Shown: in pieces, positions 57,625-64,000 of the stretch | How positions within the stretch are numbered: position 1 is the first letter of the stretch | Layout of the letters: every line of letters starts with the position of its first letter | From: Clostridia bacterium | GTDB taxonomy: Bacteria > Bacillota > Clostridia > Saccharofermentanales > Saccharofermentanaceae | Assembly: GCA_024403735.1 (NCBI GenBank) | Contig: JAKSRG010000007.1 | Span: 19,430-83,429, forward strand | Reading direction: 5' to 3' | Length of the DNA stretch: 64,000 nucleotides | Position numbers and translations under genes: made by a program | Notes under the pieces: generated by a model | What the model saw: only the letters and a program-made list of their open reading frames with translations | The model's database searches: none | What the model was told of the DNA's origin: nothing

Positions 57625-58623
57625 ATGAAAAGATTTGCACTTGCTATTATTGCGAGCCTTCTTGTTCTGAGTGTTGCTAGTTGTAGTGTGATTGATCAGC
57701 TTAATGAGATGACTGCTAGTGAAAAGAAGATTATTACTGAGCAGGATATTGATTATGAAGAAGATATCGCTGAGACTGATACTGAATTGGATGAAGCAGA
57801 AGAGGATGTTGAAGAGGATGGCGATGGATATAATTTTGGTGTTCATAAAGTAGCACCATGGGAGATAAAGCCAACTTTGATATGTAATGATAAAGATATT
57901 ATTGTTACAGCAGAGGAGTTAATAGAAGCTGGCAGAAATGGAGATGCTTATGCCCTTGTTCTCTGGGTTGGAAATGATAGAAAAGATGACATTATCCTTG
58001 GTATTCATGAGTTGTATGTCAATAATTTCATCTGGAGATATGATGATGAAGAATACGAAGTGATTAAGGCTGGTGAACAGAAGGAAGTATATTTGTATTT
58101 CCATCAGGATGACCTTAGTGAATATATGTTAAGTGATATTGGTCTCGTATCTTTATCTGTTTCTGCATATACAGATAACAACTATAAGCTATTTGAGAGC
58201 GATCTCGTTGAGATGGAGACATCAGGATTTAAGACAATGTCAATCCCACGCTTACGAGGAGGATATGCGGTTGTAGATGATGATAAAGCTCTGATTCAGA
58301 TCGTAAGATATGGTAAGACAAACGATGAGAGAAAAATCGGAATATTCGCTACTAATAAGACAGACAAAAAGATTTTTATATATGGTGAGAATATTACGAT
58401 AAACGGTAAGAGCATTACGTCATACACAGAGATGGATATTCCAGCAGGTAAATCCCAGTTCTTCTATTACGATTTCGAAGACGATTATGATGTTTATGCT
58501 GCTATTGGTAGTTATGATTTTAATAGTATGGTGATTTCTGTTGGCTATAGAACAGATAACACATTGGATTTTGATAACTATGGTGTAGTAGCTATTGATT
58601 TCACAGAAGATATAGAACACTAA
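57625..58623 (+). CDS. lipoprotein, paralog of 56378-57439 and 10815-11738
   Basis: ATG 57625 follows AAGGGAG. The lipobox is LSVASC. It has an acidic linker followed by two repeat domains. Confidence 0.75.
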   Translation: MKRFALAIIASLLVLSVASCSVIDQLNEMTASEKKIITEQDIDYEEDIAETDTELDEAEEDVEEDGDGYNFGVHKVAPWEIKPTLICNDKDIIVTAEELIEAGRNGDAYALVLWVGNDRKDDIILGIHELYVNNFIWRYDDEEYEVIKAGEQKEVYLYFHQDDLSEYMLSDIGLVSLSVSAYTDNNYKLFESDLVEMETSGFKTMSIPRLRGGYAVVDDDKALIQIVRYGKTNDERKIGIFATNKTDKKIFIYGENITINGKSITSYTEMDIPAGKSQFFYYDFEDDYDVYAAIGSYDFNSMVISVGYRTDNTLDFDNYGVVAIDFTEDIEH

Positions 58624-58708
58624 TATTCTCGTAGTTTATATGGTGCACACCTCAGCAGGGAAGTGTAAGATGTTTTCGAGATGTTCGTGATATATTAAGG
58701 CATAAAGT

Positions 58709-58748
58709 AAGGGCTTTCTCTTAAGAAATTACTTAGGAGAAAGCCCTT
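58709..58748. terminator. hairpin between convergent genes (possible bidirectional terminator)
   Basis: AAGGGCTTTCTC...GAGAAAGCCCTT form a long stem. The flanking T-runs are weak. Confidence 0.5.
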
Positions 58749-58775
58749 TAATTTGCTTTGAATTAGTAATGAGAA

Positions 58776-61133
58776 TTACTTGTTCTCATCATCCTTACGG
58801 ATAGCTACACGACGGATCTTACCAGAGATTGTCTTAGGAAGCTCTTCAACGAACTCAACGATACGTGGGTACTTGTATGGAGCTGTCTTTTCCTTAACGT
58901 AGTTCTGGATTTCCTTCTTGAGCTCTTCTGAAGCCTCAGCCTTACCAGGAACGAGAACGATAGTAGCCTTAACTACGATACCACGAACACCCTGTGGGTC
59001 AGGTGCACCAGTTACAGCACACTCGAGAACGTATGGGAGCTCCATGATTACTGACTCAATTTCGAATGGTCCGATACGGTAACCAGAAGACTTGATAACA
59101 TCGTCGATACGACCAACGTACCAGATGTAACCATCTTCATCCATCCAAGCTGTATCACCTGTGTGATAGTAGCCATCGTGCCATGCTTCAACTGTCTTCT
59201 CTTCATTTCTGTAGTAGCATGTGTAGAGACCTGTTGGAACTTTCTCAGAAGTCTTGATACAAATTTCACCAGTCTCACCAGGCTTACAATCCTTATCATC
59301 TGCATCGAGGATGTGGATGTCATAAAGTGGGTTTGGCTTACCCATTGAACCCATACGGATTGATGAACCAACGAGGTTAGCGATAGCGAGTGTTGTCTCT
59401 GTCTGACCGAAACCTTCCATCAAACGGATACCTGTTGCCTTAATCCACTGGTTGAATACTTCAGGGTTAAGAGCCTCACCAGCTGTTGTAGCGTACTTGA
59501 TAGAAGTGAGATCGTACTTAGAAAGATCTTCCTTAACAAGGAAACGGAACATTGTAGGTGGAGCACAGAATGTTGTGATGCCATACTTAGCGAACATTGG
59601 GAGGATCTCATCTGACTTGAACTTATCGAAGTCGAATGTGAATACAGGTGCTTCACAGAGCCACTGTCCATAGATCTTACCCCAGAGAGCCTTACCCCAA
59701 CCTGTATCAGAGATTGTGAAGTGGAGGCCATTAGGGTCAACGTTGTGCCAGTGCTTAGCTGTTGTGATGTGGCCTAATGCATAGAGGTGTGAGTGCATAG
59801 CCATCTTTGGATAACCTGTTGTACCAGATGTGAAGAACATTACCATTGGCTCTGAACCACATGAGCAATCCTCAGGACGCTCGAAAACATCTGAACACTC
59901 TTCGATACCCTTATCAAAGTCGAGCCACTCACCACGAGCGCCGTTAACCATCATGAACTTTGTAGGAGCATCTGCACCCATAGCCTTAGCAGCCTTCATA
60001 GCTTCCTCAGCTGTATCTCCATCTGGTGTCATTACTACTGCAGATACACCAGCAGCCTTATAACGATAATCGAAGTCATGCTCACGGAGGAGGCAAGTAG
60101 CAGGGATTGCAACAGCACCGAGCTTCTCAAGACCTACGATAGAGAACCAGAACTGGTAGTGTCTCTTGAGGATAAGCATTACCTTATCGCCCTTCTTGAT
60201 ACCGAGGCTCTTGAAGTAGTTAGCAGCCTGGTTTGTCTTCTTGCTCATCTCTTCGAATGTGAATCTGTGGTCTGTTACGCCATCCTTAGCAACCCACATC
60301 ATAGCTGTCTTATCTGGTGTCTTCTTAGCGATTTCATCTACAACGTCGAAACCGAAGTTGAACTTAGCACATGCATTCTCGTGGAAACCAACCTTAACGA
60401 GCTTGCCTGTTGCATCGAACTCATCGTAGAAGAAGTGCTTGTAAACAGGATCTACTACATTTGTAGCGAGGTCTGTATTTGTTACGCTATCTGTCTTGAG
60501 CTCAACCTTAAGAGTTTCCTTACGTGTCTTACCCTCTGTCCATGACTCTGGGTTGAAGATAACTGATGTGAATTCGCAGCTCTCACCACCAACAGCACAC
60601 TCATAGTGAGGTGTCATTGAATCGAAGAAGATTGAATCGCCTTCGTGGAGGATTTCTGAATTCTCACCAAGGAGAACCTTAAGAGTACCCTTTGTAACAA
60701 CGAACATCTCCTGACCAGCATGTGAGTGCATCTCATATGGTGGGTTAAGAGCATCGTCTGAATAAGGGATCTCTACATGATATGGCTCGAAATACTTGTT
60801 TCTGAAACGTGAACCAAGGCGCTCGAACTTGTAACCATCACGTCTTGCGATGTTACGACCTTCACCCTTACGAGTAACTGTGTACTCTGTGAGGGAAGGA
60901 GCAGAACCTTCCATAACTTCACTGATATCGATTTCAGCTACAGTTGCGAACTTGCTCAAGAAACTGTAGTTGAAGTCCTTCTCGCCGTGCTCGTAATAAA
61001 CATATTCAGACTCTGGCATGCCCATCTTCTCAGCCATCTCAGCGAGAGTGAGTTCCATGTCAAGACGGATAGCCTTGAGACGATCAGCGATTTCCTGAAT
61101 ATTCTTATTCATGTTCACTTCATTGTTTGACAT
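58776..61133 (-). CDS. fusion protein: XRE-type HTH, cupin, and AMP-forming acyl-CoA synthetase (medium-chain/ACSM-like)
   Basis: The track ORF runs to 61241. I prefer ATG 61133, with GGAGGC upstream. The HTH is LTLAEMAEKMGMPESEYVYYEHGEK. The cupin is HSHAGQEMFVVTKGTL...GDSIFFDS..PH. The AMP-binding motif is TSGTTGYPK, followed by YHTGDTAWMDEDGYIWYVGRIDDVIKSSGYRIGPFEIE. Confidence 0.85.
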   Translation of the reverse strand: MSNNEVNMNKNIQEIADRLKAIRLDMELTLAEMAEKMGMPESEYVYYEHGEKDFNYSFLSKFATVAEIDISEVMEGSAPSLTEYTVTRKGEGRNIARRDGYKFERLGSRFRNKYFEPYHVEIPYSDDALNPPYEMHSHAGQEMFVVTKGTLKVLLGENSEILHEGDSIFFDSMTPHYECAVGGESCEFTSVIFNPESWTEGKTRKETLKVELKTDSVTNTDLATNVVDPVYKHFFYDEFDATGKLVKVGFHENACAKFNFGFDVVDEIAKKTPDKTAMMWVAKDGVTDHRFTFEEMSKKTNQAANYFKSLGIKKGDKVMLILKRHYQFWFSIVGLEKLGAVAIPATCLLREHDFDYRYKAAGVSAVVMTPDGDTAEEAMKAAKAMGADAPTKFMMVNGARGEWLDFDKGIEECSDVFERPEDCSCGSEPMVMFFTSGTTGYPKMAMHSHLYALGHITTAKHWHNVDPNGLHFTISDTGWGKALWGKIYGQWLCEAPVFTFDFDKFKSDEILPMFAKYGITTFCAPPTMFRFLVKEDLSKYDLTSIKYATTAGEALNPEVFNQWIKATGIRLMEGFGQTETTLAIANLVGSSIRMGSMGKPNPLYDIHILDADDKDCKPGETGEICIKTSEKVPTGLYTCYYRNEEKTVEAWHDGYYHTGDTAWMDEDGYIWYVGRIDDVIKSSGYRIGPFEIESVIMELPYVLECAVTGAPDPQGVRGIVVKATIVLVPGKAEASEELKKEIQNYVKEKTAPYKYPRIVEFVEELPKTISGKIRRVAIRKDDENK

Positions 61134-61149
61134 AATGTGCCTCCTTAGA

Positions 61150-61445
61150 TTATTACGGGCTTTTTTTAAGCAAAAAAAAAGCCCAAGCATTAAATTACTG
61201 CTTGAGACGAAATAAATTCCGCGGTACCACTCAAATTGCAACCATTACGTTGCCACCTTATTGGATTCTAACAAACCCCTTGCCTTAACGCGGCTGCCTT
61301 CGGGTATAGTCTACTAATGAGATAACTCATATTCGGTATACCAGCTCAGAAGCGATAATCTTTGGTAAATAATAATGTCAACTCTCAGCAACACGTTGAC
61401 TCTCTGTGAGAATTATCTGCCAGACCTTCTTCGTCATAGCTTTTG
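61150..61445 (-). promoter_or_regulatory. T-box riboswitch leader (tRNA-sensing transcription attenuator)
   Basis: All elements are on the minus strand. The T-box motif is AAUUUGAGUGGUACCGCGG (plus-strand 61219-61237). The terminator stem is CUCAAGC/GCUUGGG (61182-61188 / 61200-61206), followed by U9 (61172-61180). UUGAG in the T-box can alternatively pair with the same CUCAA (antiterminator). Stem I has K-turn-like AUGA/UGA, an AGAGAG bulge and a GUCAAC/GUUGAC distal helix. The promoter is TTGACA-17-TATTCT at 61492-61464. Confidence 0.8.
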
Positions 61446-61700
61446 AATATAGAACATAGACGTAGAATAATATCAATAAACATAATTGTCAACAGTGTTT
61501 TCAAGAATTCAAAAGAAAATGAATTAATGTGTCAAAAAAGAGCAAAAATTCAACACAAATGCGCAAAATCGTACAGTTTTAATACTTTGTTTACACATTA
61601 AGACGAAACCAGTATGTTTGTTAACAAATTGTCAAAGCAATCATAATATTCGATTAGCAAAATATAGGCATAAGGTCGATTACTATACGGAGGAATGATT

Positions 61701-62693
61701 ATGTGTAAGCAATATCTTGTTACAGGCGGAGCGAGCCAGTTAGGTGAACACTTAGTAAAGATGTTACTTGAAAGAGGCGATAAGGTACGTATCCTCATTG
61801 GCGCCGATGATGACGACACAGCATTCGAAGGCATGGACGTTGAGATTTTCAGAGGCGAAACATTCCAGAAAGATACAATGAAGGATTTCTTCACAATCGA
61901 AGATCCAAGAAGTGCTATTCTTGTTCACGCTGACGAGCGTGTATCAATTACTAATTCCAAAGACCTTCTTATGAGAAGAGTTAATGTTTCAGGCGCAGTA
62001 AATATCATTGATTTGTGTATTAAGAATAAGATTGGAAGACTTGTATATCTCAGTTCAGCATATGCGCTCCCACCATCAAAAGATGGTTACGTATCTGGTC
62101 AGGAGTTCACTTTCAATCGTTATGCAGTAGAAGGTGATTATGCTCAGACTAAGGCTGAGGCTTCTTCTTACTTGATGGAGAAGATTACTCTTAACAAGTT
62201 CGATGCAGTTCTTGTACTTCCTACATTTATCATTGGTCCAGGCGCACGTAAGGATTCTGATATTGGTAAGGTTCTTAACGGTTATCTTACACACAACGTT
62301 GATCTCGTTAACGGCGGTCACGTATTCGTAGATGTAAGAGATGTTGTAGCAGGCATCATTGCAGCAGCTGAGAAGGGTGTTAGAGGTGCTGGCTATATTC
62401 TTACAGGCGAGTACAGAAGCACAGTTGATTTCTTCCAGGATGTATGCGAGGCTACAGGCGTTGATAAGGGTCAGAAGACACTTCCTAACTGGATCCTCAA
62501 TAAGTCAGTTGCTAAGTTCGTAGATACTTACTACAAGCTCGTTCATAAGAAGAATCCAAAGGATGTATATGCACTCTTTACTACATCCCCTGACACACGT
62601 TACGATTCATCAAGCGCTAGCGAGATCCTCGAGCTCGACGGTCAGACAAGCTTCAAGGATTCACTTAAGGAAACAATCTCAAGCGCTATCTAA
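61701..62693 (+). CDS. NAD(P)-dependent epimerase/dehydratase-family (extended SDR) protein
   Basis: ATG 61701 lies 6 nt after ACGGAGGA. The Rossmann motif is VTGGASQLGEHLV and the catalytic motif is YAQTK (YxxxK). Confidence 0.8.
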   Translation: MCKQYLVTGGASQLGEHLVKMLLERGDKVRILIGADDDDTAFEGMDVEIFRGETFQKDTMKDFFTIEDPRSAILVHADERVSITNSKDLLMRRVNVSGAVNIIDLCIKNKIGRLVYLSSAYALPPSKDGYVSGQEFTFNRYAVEGDYAQTKAEASSYLMEKITLNKFDAVLVLPTFIIGPGARKDSDIGKVLNGYLTHNVDLVNGGHVFVDVRDVVAGIIAAAEKGVRGAGYILTGEYRSTVDFFQDVCEATGVDKGQKTLPNWILNKSVAKFVDTYYKLVHKKNPKDVYALFTTSPDTRYDSSSASEILELDGQTSFKDSLKETISSAI

Positions 62694-62730
62694 TATTTAA
62701 TAACTTATATACTTAATAGTAATCACGCGA

Positions 62731-62766
62731 AGACTGCCTCGAAAACAACCGTGGCAGTCTTTCTTT
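62731..62766 (+). terminator. intrinsic terminator
   Basis: AGACTGCC / GGCAGTCT form the stem, followed by TTCTTT. The loop carries the dispersed CTCGAAAACA motif. Confidence 0.7.
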
Positions 62767-62891
62767 GTGCGCGGATTTTTTGTTGTTTTTAGCACGCCGC
62801 TCCAACAAGCGGTGAGGGATAGCAACCAACAAAAAACGGATGCCCAAGTAAAATGAACATCCGTTTGTTAATCAAATCAAGTATGAATTAA

Positions 62892-64000
62892 TTAGATACC
62901 GAACAATTCTTTGATTGCTTCCTTATCAACCTTGCTACCGATGAAGCAAAGTTTACCGATAACATCTGATGAACCATATCTAACCTCGAACTCACCAGGT
63001 ACATAGTCGAAGTGAATCCATTTGCCTTCCTCAGTAGAAGGAACAATACCTTTAGCTCTCAAGATCATGCCGCAATCTGCATCATCGAGCTCGTTAAGAG
63101 CTTCTTCAAGCTTTGTCTTGTCGAACTTTGTTGTTGTCTCGAAGCCGATGCTATCGAAAACTTCATCAGCATGATGATGGTGGTGATGATCATGGTCGTG
63201 ACAACCACATGTGCAGTCTTCGCCGTGCTCATGGTGATGATGCTCGTGCTCATCATGATCGTGGTCGTGATCATGGTCGTGACAACCACATGTGCAATCT
63301 TCGCCGTGATCGTGATGGTGATGCTCGTGCTCATCATGATCGTGGTCATGGTCATGGCAACCGCAAGTGCAGTCCTCACCATGCTCATGGTGGTGATGGT
63401 GCTCATGCTCATGCTCGTGGAGAAGTTCTTCTGCCATCTTTGCAACTGTGTCATTCTTTACCATTGCATCGAAAATCTGCTTGCCGTCGAGCTCATCCCA
63501 TGGAGTTGTGATAACAACTGCTGAAGTGTTGATGCCTCTGATGAGGGACATAGCTTCCTCAATCTTAGCTGGCTTAACAGACTGTGTTCTGGAAAGAATA
63601 ATTGTTGAAGCATGCTCAATCTGGTTCTCATAGAACTCCTTGAAGTTCTTGAGGTAAATCTTAAGCTTTGAAGCATCTGCAACTGTAGTAACTGATGCGA
63701 TGTCTGTACCTTCGCAGTCAGCAACTGCCTTATATACGTCTGAGAGCTTACCAACACCTGATGGCTCGATAAGAATTCTGTCTGGGTTATATGTCTCGAT
63801 AACTTTAGCGAGGGCCTTGCCGAAATCGCCAACGAGGCTGCAGCAGATACAACCTGAGTTCATTTCTGTTACTTCGATACCAGCATCCTTAAGGAAACCG
63901 CCATCAATACCAATCTGACCGAACTCGTTCTCGATAAGAACAATCTTCTGACCAGCATAAACTTCAGAGAGAAGCTTCTTGATGAGAGTTGTTTTACCAG
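62892..64000 (-). CDS. COG0523/CobW-family GTPase metallochaperone with a His/Cys-rich triplicated insert (5' end outside the window)
   Basis: The frame stays open upstream of the track start (63863) to the window edge and reads ...GKTTLIKKLL (P-loop) ...ENEFG...EMNSGCICCSL (CxCC). The C-terminal CobW_C-like domain is present. The His-rich region lies at 63171-63419. Confidence 0.85.
   Translation of the reverse strand, partial: GKTTLIKKLLSEVYAGQKIVLIENEFGQIGIDGGFLKDAGIEVTEMNSGCICCSLVGDFGKALAKVIETYNPDRILIEPSGVGKLSDVYKAVADCEGTDIASVTTVADASKLKIYLKNFKEFYENQIEHASTIILSRTQSVKPAKIEEAMSLIRGINTSAVVITTPWDELDGKQIFDAMVKNDTVAKMAEELLHEHEHEHHHHHEHGEDCTCGCHDHDHDHDEHEHHHHDHGEDCTCGCHDHDHDHDHDEHEHHHHEHGEDCTCGCHDHDHHHHHHADEVFDSIGFETTTKFDKTKLEEALNELDDADCGMILRAKGIVPSTEEGKWIHFDYVPGEFEVRYGSSDVIGKLCFIGSKVDKEAIKELFGI

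Noticed and set aside
63012-63524. Plus-strand ORFs 63012-63524 and 63113-63511, and minus-strand 63065-63454, across the His-rich region
   Set aside because: They are frame-shadow products of the GAT/CAT/CAC repeat DNA that encodes the His/Asp cassettes of the CobW-like gene. The real frame is continuous with the P-loop and CobW_C domains.

Overview
This looks like a chromosomal segment from a low-GC Firmicute, probably Clostridia and Lachnospiraceae-like. That placement is inferred from gene content only (butyrate kinase, choline-type cell-wall-binding repeats, GatCAB, codon usage). No rRNA, tRNA, CRISPR array, transposase or integrase was seen.

The core housekeeping genes are clear: glf, buk-pta, gatCA-gatB, rpoB-rpoC, tyrS, aroK, cls, a CPA2 antiporter, a chrA pair and a COG0523 metallochaperone.

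Between them sit accessory-looking, visibly more AT-rich blocks and unusual non-coding structure:
1. 5.4-10.6 kb: a same-strand module with a Zn-ribbon/TM/DUF4214 protein, a 16-codon micro-ORF, three tandem paralogous cytosolic vWA (MIDAS) proteins, an acidic lipoprotein and a small protein with an L7/L12 C-terminal-like domain. I cannot match it to any described system, and it is my top candidate for a novel system.
2. 52.1-55.5 kb: an 856-aa tandem-TIR/Sel1/TPR protein, which is defence-like. It is followed by an orphan TIGR03915/DUF4130 'DNA metabolism' gene behind a near-consensus LexA-type box.
3. A well-supported T-box leader (minus strand, about 61.15-61.45 kb) drives an HTH-cupin-acyl-CoA-synthetase fusion, which is an atypical T-box target.
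4. Three intergenic arrays of regularly spaced hairpin repeats have periods of about 61, 82 and 72-73 bp. There is also a dispersed GTTTTCGAG-type palindromic element just downstream of many genes.
5. Smaller oddities include a GatC-GatA fusion, a His/Cys-rich triplicated insert in the CobW-like GTPase, a poly-Asp tract in one of three paralogous lipoproteins, a frame-disrupted Zn-ribbon gene, and an M13 peptidase/FtsX-ABC/LytTR two-component cluster.

All functional calls rest on motifs I could read in the translations. No database search was run.
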